From positions 296,384 through 360,383 of the forward strand of contig NZ_JABURM010000006.1 of NCBI RefSeq assembly GCF_014762685.1: a stretch of DNA of 64,000 bases, in the 5' to 3' direction. Shown piece by piece: positions 1 through 8,927 of the stretch; position 1 is the first letter of the stretch; each line of letters starts with the position of its first letter. Origin of the DNA: Gracilimonas sp. Its GTDB lineage: Bacteria > Bacteroidota > Rhodothermia > Balneolales > Balneolaceae. The notes under the pieces were generated by a model. That model searched no databases, was not told where the DNA came from, and worked only from the letters and a program-made list of their open reading frames with translations. The translations under genes were made by a program, and so were the position numbers.

Positions 1-525
1 GCGGAAAGCAAAGATTCCGATGATGTGGATTGGTACACGGCTCGAAAACGAGGCATTATTCCAATCGGGGAATTTCACACTTCAAAAAACTTAAGCCGGA
101 TCATTCGCCAGGAGCGCTTTGAAATAAGGGTAAACCGCAATTTTCGGGAAGTGGTAACCCAATGCGCCAACCGGGATTCCACATGGATCAATGATTTGAT
201 AATTAATTCTTACGATGTTCTGAATCAGCATGGAAATGCCTGCAGCGTGGAAAGTTACCGGGAAGGAAAATTAGTCGGAGGTTTATATGGCGTGAAATTA
301 AAAGCCGCCTTTTTCGGAGAGAGCATGTTCAGGAAAGCAAAATATGCAGATAAGGTAGCGTTATATTACTGCCACGAAATCCTCAAAAATAATGGTTTTC
401 TACTTTGGGACACTCAGTTCTACACCGACCACCTTGCCCAATTCGGCTGTGTTGAAATTAACGCTTCAGATTACGAGCAAATGCTGAATGAAGCGCTGAG
501 GAAAGATTGTGAGTTTAAATTATAG
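1..525 (+). CDS. aat: leucyl/phenylalanyl-tRNA--protein transferase, 5'-truncated by window edge
   Basis: The frame is open from base 1 (AESKDSDD precedes the listed GTG at 25). GGLYGV...FFGESMF and the overall layout match the L/F-transferase family as I recall it (E. coli Aat GGMYGV..FCGESMF). Confidence 0.8.
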   Translation, partial: AESKDSDDVDWYTARKRGIIPIGEFHTSKNLSRIIRQERFEIRVNRNFREVVTQCANRDSTWINDLIINSYDVLNQHGNACSVESYREGKLVGGLYGVKLKAAFFGESMFRKAKYADKVALYYCHEILKNNGFLLWDTQFYTDHLAQFGCVEINASDYEQMLNEALRKDCEFKL

Positions 526-651
526 AGTCACACCTTCATACTGGAAATAAAAAAGCCGCCCCGGAGTATAAATCTTTGATTTTCACCCGAAGCAGCTTTT
601 TGGATAGGATACCTGTTACACTTTAATCCTTGCAGAAAGTTACAAGCTTGA

Positions 652-684
652 ATAAAAAAGGCGGGAAATTACTCATTTCCCGCC
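652..684 (-). terminator. rho-independent terminator downstream of the OmpA-family gene
   Basis: A 9-bp perfect stem GGCGGGAAA/TTTCCCGCC (660-668 / 676-684) with a 7-nt loop, followed on the minus strand by a T-run (plus-strand A-run 654-659). Confidence 0.75.
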
Positions 685-708
685 AGGCCTCTCTCTTTGC
701 CTAAGAAG

Positions 709-1590
709 TTATTGCGTGCGCTGCGTAACAACTCCATTTTCGTTTGATATAATAACTTCTACCCGTCGGTTTTGCTGTCGTCCGGCCTCATTCTCATTCG
801 TCGCCACAGGGTACTCTTCCCCATATCCGACCGTTTGAATTCTCTGGGAAGATATCCCGGCGCGAATCAAGGCAGATCTTAAAGCATCCGCCCTTCTTTG
901 GGATAAGTTCTTGTTGTATTCAGCTGACCCGACACTATCCGTAAAACCTTCAATTTGCACCTTTCTTTCCGGATACTCCTTTAGAAAATTTGATAATTCA
1001 TTCACAACTCTGGAAGCTCCCGGTTTCAGGGTAGCGCTGTCAAAATCAAATAATACATCACTTAAGGTTAGCACCATTCCCCGTTCACTTTGGCGGGCTT
1101 CCATTTCAGAAAGCCTTCCGGCCAGCTCCTCGGCTTCACGACGAGCTCTTAATGCTTCTTCCCGCTCTTCCTGAACCTGCTCAAGGGCTTTTTCCGCACG
1201 ACGCTCTGCCGCTATGGCTTCCGCTTTTCTTGCTTCAATTAACACGCGCTGACGTTCAGCCTCAGCTCGTTCCACTTCATCCTGGGCAGCATTTAACCGG
1301 GCTGTTTCTGTGGCTATCTTCGTTTTTTGTTGCGCGATATACGCATGATGCTCAATTAGTTTCTTGTCTCCTTTATCTTGCCAGATTTGCCGGCTTTGCC
1401 CCAGCGCCTCTTCTGCTTCCTTAAGTGCAACGGGGGCCTTTAAAACTATTAAGGAATCATTTTCTGCTTGTTGATATTCCTGCTCAGCCTGTGTCAACAA
1501 CGGATTATTCTGAGGAGGCCCGCCACAACCGGCTAATACAAATGAAATCAGTACCGATCCAAGTATTAATGCATGGGTAACCGTTCGCAT
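709..1590 (-). CDS. OmpA-family lipoprotein with a coiled-coil (DUF4398-like) N-terminal region
   Basis: Signal peptide plus lipobox (VLAGC), an A/E/R-rich coiled-coil middle, and a C-terminal OmpA_C signature (FDFDSATL...GFTDSVGS..YNKNLSQRRADAL...NRRVEV). Confidence 0.9.
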   Translation of the reverse strand: MRTVTHALILGSVLISFVLAGCGGPPQNNPLLTQAEQEYQQAENDSLIVLKAPVALKEAEEALGQSRQIWQDKGDKKLIEHHAYIAQQKTKIATETARLNAAQDEVERAEAERQRVLIEARKAEAIAAERRAEKALEQVQEEREEALRARREAEELAGRLSEMEARQSERGMVLTLSDVLFDFDSATLKPGASRVVNELSNFLKEYPERKVQIEGFTDSVGSAEYNKNLSQRRADALRSALIRAGISSQRIQTVGYGEEYPVATNENEAGRQQNRRVEVIISNENGVVTQRTQ

Positions 1591-1592
1591 AC

Positions 1593-1964
1593 TTAACCTC
1601 TCTCTTTATTTAGATTATTTTGAATTTCTTCCTGAAGGGCTTTTATGCTCTCCCGAAGCTGTTGTACGGCTCGTTGAGATTTAGCTGACAGCGTTTTAAT
1701 CTGCGCAAGCTCAGCATCCACCATAGCTTTCTCGGCTGTTAATTCAGCATCCTCATACTGTTCCTGGCTTACTTGTGCCTTTGCTTTTTCCAGTTTCTTT
1801 CGAGCCTCCCGGATCTCCAAAGGAGCATAATCATCCGCTCCCACTTGTTCCGCTTGCTGGATATACGACTCAACCTGGGTAATCTCTTGTGTTGGGGGCT
1901 TTGTGCTTGCACATGCTCCTGTAAATACAACGAGCAATACCAGTAGCGTAAATTCTCTCATCAT
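1593..1964 (-). CDS. DUF4398-like coiled-coil lipoprotein
   Basis: Signal peptide with lipobox-like TGAC, then a helical Q/E/K/A-rich body resembling the N-terminus of the downstream OmpA gene. There is a 2-nt gap to that gene, implying an operon. Confidence 0.65.
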   Translation of the reverse strand: MMREFTLLVLLVVFTGACASTKPPTQEITQVESYIQQAEQVGADDYAPLEIREARKKLEKAKAQVSQEQYEDAELTAEKAMVDAELAQIKTLSAKSQRAVQQLRESIKALQEEIQNNLNKERG

Positions 1965-2257
1965 GACCGTTAATTTTTATTACAAGGTTTGTAATGTTTA
2001 CTATTACTTTTGAAAGAATGTTCCCAATTGAGTGCACAAAGGCTAAGTGATATGCTCAGGGGTAAATTCATTGTACAACCCCTTCAAGATTTGCAGACTG
2101 TAAGTAGCTTTTTCCTCCTGTTTTCGTTAGCTCAAAACAGAGTTATTCATTTTTTTCAAAATTTGGGCGGAAACTCTATCACTCTATTCAAGTCTAAAAA
2201 GCCGAATCAACCATCCTCAACTCTCATCTTATCAACTGTCAACTCTCGCAAAAATAA

Positions 2258-2279
2258 TTATCCACAAAGCTGTTGATAA
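2258..2279. promoter_or_regulatory. inverted pair of DnaA-box-like 9-mers upstream of ffh
   Basis: TTATCCACA (2258-2266, perfect consensus) and TGTTGATAA (2271-2279, reverse complement TTATCAACA, 1 mismatch). A weaker TTATCAACT lies at 2229-2237. Confidence 0.3.
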
Positions 2280-2342
2280 GCCTGAAAAGATGCCGTATTT
2301 TTACAGGCTCTGTAATTGGCGGAGAAAAACTGATTTAACAAA

Positions 2343-3683
2343 ATGTTTGAAGATTTATCCTCAAAATTAGATAAAGCGTTTCAATCCCTTAAGGGGGAAG
2401 CTCGCATCACGGATGTGAATATCGCGGAGACTGTCCGTGAAATTCGCCGTGCATTGCTGGATGCTGACGTTAATTATGAGGTAGCCCGCCAGTTTACGGA
2501 TGATATTAAAGAGCAGGTGCTCGGCTCCGACGTACTTACCAGTGTTAATCCCGGCCAACAGTTCACAAAAATTGTGCACGACAAGCTGGTTGAAACATTC
2601 GGTGGTGAACGGGTCGATATCGCACAGGCCGACATCCCTCCTACAGTAATTCTTATAGCCGGACTTCAGGGTTCGGGTAAAACTACCTTCGTTGGTAAGT
2701 TAGCCCGATACTTAAAGCAGGAGCATAAAAGGAATCCTCTTCTTGCTGCCGCCGATGTTTATCGCCCTGCCGCTGTTGACCAGCTTAAGATACTCGCATC
2801 TCAAATTGATGTTCCGGTGTATTCCATCGAACAGAAAGATGCCGTTCGCGTTGCCAAAGAAGCCGTTTCCATGGCTAAAAGTTTAGCGCTCGACACGGTT
2901 ATTATTGATACTGCGGGTCGTTTGCATGTAGATGAGGAGATGATGAATGAGGTTGCGGAAATTAAGAAAGCCGTAAATCCTCATGAGATTCTGTTTGTGG
3001 TCGATTCCATGACCGGACAGGATGCTGTAAACACAGCCAAAGAATTTAACGAACGTATTAATTACGACGGTGTAGTTTTAACTAAGCTGGATGGTGACAC
3101 CCGCGGTGGTGCTGCCCTTTCCATCAAGACCGTTGTAAATAAACCCATCAAATTTGTGAGTACCGGCGAGAAGCTGGATGCTCTTTCTCCTTTTTATCCC
3201 GACCGAATGGCCCAGCGTATTTTGGGCATGGGAGATGTGGTTTCGTTTGTTGAAAAAGCTCAAAAAGAATTTGACGAGAATGAAGCTGAAAAACTTCAAA
3301 AGAAAATTAAGTCGGATAAATTCGACCTGAATGATTTTCTCGAGCAAATTCAAAAGATCAAGAAGATGGGAGACTTCGGTGATCTTGTTTCTATGATACC
3401 CGGCGCCAGCAAAGCATTGGATAATGCAGAAATCGACGATGATGCGTTCAAACCGATTGAAGCTATAATCTTATCAATGACGCCGGAGGAGCGTCAGAAT
3501 CCCGAGCTATTAAATGGAAGTCGAAGACGACGTATAGCAAAAGGTTCTGGCACCAAAGTTCATGAGATCAATCAACTCATGAAGCAGTTCGATCAAATGA
3601 AAAAAATGATGAAGACCATGTCGAAAATGGGTAAAGCCGGACGTGCTCTTCAAGGACTGAAAAATCTGCCTATCGGCCGATAA
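2343..3683 (+). CDS. ffh: signal recognition particle protein Ffh
   Basis: SRP54 N/G domain motifs GLQGSGKTT, DTAGR and TKLDGD, plus a Met-rich C-terminal M domain (MKQFDQMKKMMKTMSKMG). Confidence 0.97.
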   Translation: MFEDLSSKLDKAFQSLKGEARITDVNIAETVREIRRALLDADVNYEVARQFTDDIKEQVLGSDVLTSVNPGQQFTKIVHDKLVETFGGERVDIAQADIPPTVILIAGLQGSGKTTFVGKLARYLKQEHKRNPLLAAADVYRPAAVDQLKILASQIDVPVYSIEQKDAVRVAKEAVSMAKSLALDTVIIDTAGRLHVDEEMMNEVAEIKKAVNPHEILFVVDSMTGQDAVNTAKEFNERINYDGVVLTKLDGDTRGGAALSIKTVVNKPIKFVSTGEKLDALSPFYPDRMAQRILGMGDVVSFVEKAQKEFDENEAEKLQKKIKSDKFDLNDFLEQIQKIKKMGDFGDLVSMIPGASKALDNAEIDDDAFKPIEAIILSMTPEERQNPELLNGSRRRRIAKGSGTKVHEINQLMKQFDQMKKMMKTMSKMGKAGRALQGLKNLPIGR

Positions 3684-3720
3684 GAACTTATAATTAAAAC
3701 ACACATATTGGAGAACATCA

Positions 3721-4680
3721 TTGTTAAGAATCAGATTACAACGCAAAGGACGTAAGAAACGCCCAATTTGGCATATTGTAGTTGCGGAAAAAAGCTATGC
3801 CCGTGATGGCCGAATTGTAGAGCAAGTGGGTCGTTATGACAACGTAACCGAGAAAAAAGAAGTGGTACTCAACGAAGACCGCATTCTTTATTGGTTAGAT
3901 ACCGGAGCTCAACCAACCGACACTGTACGTAAAATTCTTCGTCGCGAAGGTATTTTATACAAGCGCCATCTCATAAACTGGGGCAAAAGTGAAGAAGAAG
4001 TTGAAGCTGCATTAGCGGAATGGAAAGAATACAGAGATTCCAAAAAAGAAGACGCCGCCAGCCGAAAAGAAGATTACAAAGCCGTACTTGCTGCTGAAGA
4101 GAAAGAATACAAAGAACAGCTTCAGAAAAAAGCCAAGCAAGCTGCTGCAGAAGTAGAAGCTGAAAAAGCAGCCGAGGAAGCTGAAGAGAAAGAAGCTCCA
4201 AAAACGGAAGCTGAAGAAATTGAAGCCGCTTTAGAAGGTGCTGAAGCCGACAAATCAGAAGAGACTGAGGCTAAAGAAGAAAAAGCCGAAGCTGCTGAAG
4301 AGGCCGAGGAAACGGAAGCTACTGAAACTGAAGAGGAAACTACCGAGGCAGAAGCCGAAGAAGAATCTTCAGATAAAGCAGAAGAGGTTGAAGCTAAAGA
4401 AGAAACTCAGGAAGAAGACAAAAAAGAAGAAGAACCTGAGGAAGAAACAACTGAAGCTGCCGAAGAAGAGTCTGATGACGCAGAAGAAGAAACCAAAGAT
4501 GAAGAACCGGCTGAAGAAAAAGCCGAAGAAACATCCGGACAGGTTTCTACTGATATGACTGCAAAAGAGGCTATCGACCATATCAAGGATACAGATTTGG
4601 AAGACCTAAAAGGATTTGTACCAGACGATGAAGACCGTGTAACGGTTCAGCGTGCCTGGGAAAGTAAACAAGAAGGATAA
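3721..4680 (+). CDS. rpsP: 30S ribosomal protein S16 with a roughly 230-aa acidic C-terminal extension
   Basis: TTG start. The N-terminal roughly 85 aa (LRIRLQRKGRKKRPIWHIVVAE...GRYDN) are canonical S16, and the gene sits first in the rpsP-rimM-trmD-rplS order. The rest is an E/A/K/T-rich tail. Confidence 0.85.
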   Translation: MLRIRLQRKGRKKRPIWHIVVAEKSYARDGRIVEQVGRYDNVTEKKEVVLNEDRILYWLDTGAQPTDTVRKILRREGILYKRHLINWGKSEEEVEAALAEWKEYRDSKKEDAASRKEDYKAVLAAEEKEYKEQLQKKAKQAAAEVEAEKAAEEAEEKEAPKTEAEEIEAALEGAEADKSEETEAKEEKAEAAEEAEETEATETEEETTEAEAEEESSDKAEEVEAKEETQEEDKKEEEPEEETTEAAEEESDDAEEETKDEEPAEEKAEETSGQVSTDMTAKEAIDHIKDTDLEDLKGFVPDDEDRVTVQRAWESKQEG

Positions 4681-4697
4681 TTTAATATCCGGCGCCT

Positions 4698-5234
4698 ATG
4701 AATCGGGACGCCAATACACCGGGCTTTATTCAGGTGGGACATGTATTACGTTCCCACGGACTTGAGGGCGAACTCAAAGTTTTCTTTGATGTGAGTGATC
4801 CTCAGGAAATTGAAAACCTGAAGCTGGTTTATTTGCGAAATGACAGAGGTGACTTCTACCCTGCACGTATTACAGATATGCGTGTTGAGGGAAAAAGAAA
4901 TGATATTTCGTTCTTTGTACAATTTGACCATATCGCTGATCGCACCGGTGCTGAAGCTTTAAAAAACCGCGGTATTTTCCTTGAAGTTGAAAATGCCGAG
5001 CCTTTTTTAAAAGTAAACAGTGAAACCGAAGATTCATTAGTTGATCATGAAGTTTTTGATGATGATGAATCAATCGGCTTAGTGATTGATGTGATGAATA
5101 ATCCGGCACACCCTATTTTGGTAGTTGCAACTACTTCGGGAAGCAGGCTTATTCCATACGTCGATCATTTTGTAAAAACCACTAGTGACGGTAACATCTA
5201 TTGCCAAAACCTGGATGAACTGGAGGGAATTTAA
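4698..5234 (+). CDS. rimM: 16S rRNA processing protein RimM
   Basis: Its position between rpsP and trmD, an N-terminal RimM-like motif (VGHVLRSHGLEGELKV), and a PRC-barrel-like C-terminus. Confidence 0.85.
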   Translation: MNRDANTPGFIQVGHVLRSHGLEGELKVFFDVSDPQEIENLKLVYLRNDRGDFYPARITDMRVEGKRNDISFFVQFDHIADRTGAEALKNRGIFLEVENAEPFLKVNSETEDSLVDHEVFDDDESIGLVIDVMNNPAHPILVVATTSGSRLIPYVDHFVKTTSDGNIYCQNLDELEGI

Positions 5235-5927
5235 ATGAGGATTGACATCATTTCCGCTGTTCCCGCTTTATTAGAAAGCCCGCTGAATCACAGTATTGTA
5301 AAGCGCGCTATTGATAAAAAGTTGGTTGAAATTCATGTCCACGATCTTCGGGACTATACCGAAGACAAGCATAATAAAATAGATAATTATCCATACGGCG
5401 GTGAGCCCGGCATGGTATTGACTCCGCAACCCATTTTCAGTTGCATCGAGCAATTACAATCCGAGCGCGATTACGACGAACTGATTTTTACGGCACCCGA
5501 TGGTGAAGTTTTTAAACAATCGCATGCAAACCAGCTGTCACTGAAAAAAAACATTGTCATTTTATGTGGCCATTATAAAGGCGTCGATCAGCGAGTTAGA
5601 GATGAACTCATCACCAAAGAATTTTCCATTGGTGATTATGTGCTTTCGGGCGGAGAAATTCCGGCACTTGCAATTACTGATGCCGTTGTCCGCCTTGTTC
5701 CCGGTGTGTTGGGAGATGCAGAAAGCGCATTAAATGATTCATTTCAAGACAACCTGCTGGAAGCCCCTGTTTACACGCGTCCAGCAGAATTCAAAGGGTT
5801 AAAGGTTCCGGATGTATTGCTTTCAGGAAACCACCAAAAAGTGGCGGATTGGAAACATGAACAATCCGTAAAGAGAACCAAAGAACGAAGAAAAGATTTG
5901 TACAAAAAATTTAAGAAAGAACATTAA
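5235..5927 (+). CDS. trmD: tRNA (guanine37-N1)-methyltransferase TrmD
   Basis: It starts immediately after the rimM stop. TrmD-typical segments are present (IDIISAVP...SI..RA; GGEPGMVL; CGHYKGVDQRV; DYVLSGGE). Confidence 0.93.
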   Translation: MRIDIISAVPALLESPLNHSIVKRAIDKKLVEIHVHDLRDYTEDKHNKIDNYPYGGEPGMVLTPQPIFSCIEQLQSERDYDELIFTAPDGEVFKQSHANQLSLKKNIVILCGHYKGVDQRVRDELITKEFSIGDYVLSGGEIPALAITDAVVRLVPGVLGDAESALNDSFQDNLLEAPVYTRPAEFKGLKVPDVLLSGNHQKVADWKHEQSVKRTKERRKDLYKKFKKEH

Positions 5928-5966
5928 CAACAATTCCGGCCGCTGTCGGGATTAAATTTAGAAATC

Positions 5967-6317
5967 ATGGATAAGCTAAAACTTGTAGAGCAAAGCCTAA
6001 TAAATGAGGAAATTCCTCTGTTTACTGCCGGCGATACGGTAAATGTACACTATCGTGTACGTGAGGGTGAAAAAGAACGTATTCAGCAGTATGAAGGCAT
6101 CGTACTTTCTGAGCGTGGAAGTGGCCCAAATAAAACTTTTACTGTTCGTAAGATCAGCAGCAACGTTGGTGTTGAGCGTGTTTTCCCTTTGAACTCTCCT
6201 TTTATTGCAAAAATTGAAGTGAAGAAAAAAGGAAAAGTAAGACGTTCAAAACTTTTCTACCTGAGAGATCTTCGTGGAAAAGCAGCTCGTATTCAGGAAA
6301 AAGGAGAAAAAAAGTAA
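5967..6317 (+). CDS. rplS: 50S ribosomal protein L19
   Basis: L19 hallmarks (FTAGDTV.VHYRV.EG.KERIQ.YEG; [18 protein letters not shown]) in the conserved operon position. Confidence 0.95.
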   Translation: MDKLKLVEQSLINEEIPLFTAGDTVNVHYRVREGEKERIQQYEGIVLSERGSGPNKTFTVRKISSNVGVERVFPLNSPFIAKIEVKKKGKVRRSKLFYLRDLRGKAARIQEKGEKK

Positions 6318-6514
6318 TCTATCCGATTACTTTAACCCGTTCAACGTATTTTCGGGTGTCAACAACGGGCAATCTCTAAATAACTTAGCATTCAATGCTC
6401 TTTTATGGGGATTGCTTCTTCATCTTCCTTTAGAATACTATTAAGGTTTTTGTCATTGACTATTTCAATGGCGGGTAATTGAATACAACTCAGTTTTAAC
6501 CAAACTATTTCGTA

Positions 6515-7069
6515 ATGAATATTATTCTGTTCGGGCCTCCGGGTGCAGGCAAAGGAACTCAAGCAAAAAAATTACAAAACGAATACAACATACCTCACCT
6601 TTCTACCGGAGATATTTTTCGGGCAGCTATAAAAAATGAAACACCGCTTGGTGTAAAAGTTAAATCCATTTTGGATTCGGGCGAATTGGTGCCTGATCAA
6701 ACCGTAGTAGATTTAGTAGCTGATGAACTTCATAAAGAAAAATATCAATATGGATATATCCTGGATGGATTCCCGCGTACGGTAGTACAGGCAAAGGCAT
6801 TTGATGCTTTTCTTGATAAAAATGATGACAACCTGGATGCCTTTATCTCGCTTTCCGTTCCTGAAAATGAGCTTATAAAACGAATTTTATCTCGCGGAGA
6901 AGGACGTACTGACGATACTGAGGAAAAAATAAGAACACGACTCAATGTATATCGCAAGGAAACCGAACCGGTAATAAAGCATTACAAGAAACAGGACAAG
7001 GTGCAGGAAATTGATGGTTCTGGCACCATTGATGAGATATTCGAACGCATTAAAGCTGCATTATCCTAA
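6515..7069 (+). CDS. adk: adenylate kinase (short-LID form, no zinc lid)
   Basis: P-loop GPPGAGKGTQ, LSTGDIFR and GFPRT motifs. It is only 184 aa, with a short LID (SRGEGRTDD) and no CxxC pairs. Confidence 0.95.
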   Translation: MNIILFGPPGAGKGTQAKKLQNEYNIPHLSTGDIFRAAIKNETPLGVKVKSILDSGELVPDQTVVDLVADELHKEKYQYGYILDGFPRTVVQAKAFDAFLDKNDDNLDAFISLSVPENELIKRILSRGEGRTDDTEEKIRTRLNVYRKETEPVIKHYKKQDKVQEIDGSGTIDEIFERIKAALS

Positions 7070-7146
7070 CCGTCTCAATTTCCACGGAACGATAATGTCA
7101 ATTTCTGATGTATATTTAAACGAACCTTTAATTAAACAGGGCGTAT

Positions 7147-7893
7147 ATGTCATCATCGGGAAAATTGAATTTTGCTTTAGTTAAATGGGGAACCGTTCTC
7201 TCCGTAATTGGCGCTTTAATGGTGATTTTATCCGGTTACGCATATCAATGGGGTTGGTGGCATTTCAGTTTTGGGTTTAGCCTGATACCATGGGGAACTG
7301 GCGGAGCAATTGTCGGGGGGCTCATAGCGGCCATTGGATTATTCCGAATGTCAGAGAAAACCAAGAATTATGTTATCGCCGGCACTTTAGGAATCGTATT
7401 AGCCTTAGCCGCATTGGGAAATATCGCCTATTGGTACAATGAGGTTCAACAGGGGTATCCTCCTATTCATGACATTTCGACTGACTTGGAGGACCCGCCG
7501 GAGTTTAATGCTATCGCTCCTCTCCGTGCAGACGCACCCAACCCTGTAGAATATGCCGGGGAAGAAACAGCAGAAATCCAGCGTAGCTTCTATCCCGATT
7601 TAGAGTCTGTAACTGTTGGCTTTGAATACGATGAAGCTTATAACCGGGCTTTGGAAGCGGCCCGGGATATGCCATGGGAAATTGTAGATGAAAACAGGGA
7701 ACAAGGGCGTATTGAAGCTTTTGAAAAATTAGCCTGGTTTGGCTTCATCGATGATGTTGTAATTCGGGTTGATACCACAAGCGATGGTGCAGGTACCAAA
7801 ATAGATATACGCTCAAAATCCCGAATTGGCCGTGGAGACTTGGGCGTAAACGCTAAAAGAATTCGAGCTTATCTTAAAGAACTGGAAAACTAA
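7147..7893 (+). CDS. DUF1499-family membrane protein
   Basis: Several N-terminal TM helices followed by a C-terminal domain resembling DUF1499 (WFGFIDDVVIRV...IDIRSKSRIGRGDLGVNAKRIR). Confidence 0.65.
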   Translation: MSSSGKLNFALVKWGTVLSVIGALMVILSGYAYQWGWWHFSFGFSLIPWGTGGAIVGGLIAAIGLFRMSEKTKNYVIAGTLGIVLALAALGNIAYWYNEVQQGYPPIHDISTDLEDPPEFNAIAPLRADAPNPVEYAGEETAEIQRSFYPDLESVTVGFEYDEAYNRALEAARDMPWEIVDENREQGRIEAFEKLAWFGFIDDVVIRVDTTSDGAGTKIDIRSKSRIGRGDLGVNAKRIRAYLKELEN

Positions 7894-7900
7894 TCCCGGC

Positions 7901-8800
7901 TTAGTCTAATCTTTTTATCACTTCTTTTGCCAGAAGCGATGCTGCTTTCGGGTTATGACGAAACCAAAGTTCGGGTTCAATAAGCTCAAGTTCAGAAACA
8001 GCCAGCTCTCCGTCATTATCCAGCAAGAGATCGATCCTGGCATAGGCAGGTTCTTCCGGACATGCCCCAACTACTTTTAATGCAAAAGCTATCTCTTCAT
8101 CAGAAGCATGGTGTTCATGGACCGTTCCTCCATAATCATCCTGAACCCTGAAATCTCCTTCCTTTGCTTTTTTCAAAACAGCATGACTAAACTGATTACC
8201 AAAAACCATCAGAGACAGCTCGCCTCTTTCCGGAATTGAATATTGAAAAGGTTGAAGCATAAAATCTTCTTTCTGCATCACCCCTGAGAGCTTGTTTGAA
8301 ATGGTGTGAAGGTTTTCCGGAGTGATGCTATAGGTATGGCGTGCTGCTCCGCCAATAGTAGGCTTAATTACCGTAGCCTCCCATCCCGTCAAATCATGCA
8401 ACTCTTCCAACGTTAAAAGTGAGCCGCGCGGAATATATCGAGTTGGTACAATTCGAATATTTTCACTGCTGAGATTAGCTAAATAATGTTTATCAACATT
8501 CCAGGTTATTAAATCTATGGTATTAATGAATTTAGTTTTTAACGAAGTACTATTCACCCATCTTTTAAACTCTGAAAAACGATCAAAATAATCCCAGTTG
8601 GTTCTGAATAGAACCGCTTTAGTACTCCCCCAGTCAAAATCCGGGTCGGCCCAATCTTTGCGTTCCACACGCAACCCTTCACCCTCTAATGCATCCTTTA
8701 CTATTTGGTCCTCAGTCAAAATATTCTGTACGTACTCACCCGGTGAAACCGGATTAACGTATCTGGAATCTGTCAGCAAAACAACATCAAAGTGAGCCAT
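7901..8800 (-). CDS. ATP-grasp domain protein (glutathione-synthetase/RimK-like fold)
   Basis: Length and motif pattern (VIKPTIGGAARHTY...; C-terminal ARIDLLLDNDGELAVSELELIEPEL) are typical of ATP-grasp ligases. The substrate is unknown. Confidence 0.6.
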   Translation of the reverse strand: MAHFDVVLLTDSRYVNPVSPGEYVQNILTEDQIVKDALEGEGLRVERKDWADPDFDWGSTKAVLFRTNWDYFDRFSEFKRWVNSTSLKTKFINTIDLITWNVDKHYLANLSSENIRIVPTRYIPRGSLLTLEELHDLTGWEATVIKPTIGGAARHTYSITPENLHTISNKLSGVMQKEDFMLQPFQYSIPERGELSLMVFGNQFSHAVLKKAKEGDFRVQDDYGGTVHEHHASDEEIAFALKVVGACPEEPAYARIDLLLDNDGELAVSELELIEPELWFRHNPKAASLLAKEVIKRLD

Positions 8801-8927
8801 ATTACATATCCTTATTGAAGTGTCAAAAAATTATAGCAGACAAGGACGACAAATATCCCTGAAAAACCAATACCAAAGGCGATTTTTCCTGTTAAAGTGT
8901 AAAAATACGAAATGAATGAACTCTTAC

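Noticed and set aside
2010-2276. An 88-aa ORF in the ffh upstream intergenic region.
   Set aside because: It has a non-ATG start, no recognisable motifs and AT-rich non-coding-like composition. It overlaps the DnaA-box-like sites.
3970-4560. A repetitive GAAGAA/GCTGAA tract that could be mistaken for a tandem-repeat or CRISPR-like array.
   Set aside because: There is no spacer/repeat periodicity. It is in-frame coding low complexity within rpsP.
4238-4581. A Lys-rich plus-strand ORF (106 aa) and a Phe-rich minus-strand ORF (70 aa) inside the rpsP tail.
   Set aside because: They are alternative-frame readings of the GAA/GAG/GCT-rich repeat that encodes the acidic S16 extension, so they are low-complexity artefacts.
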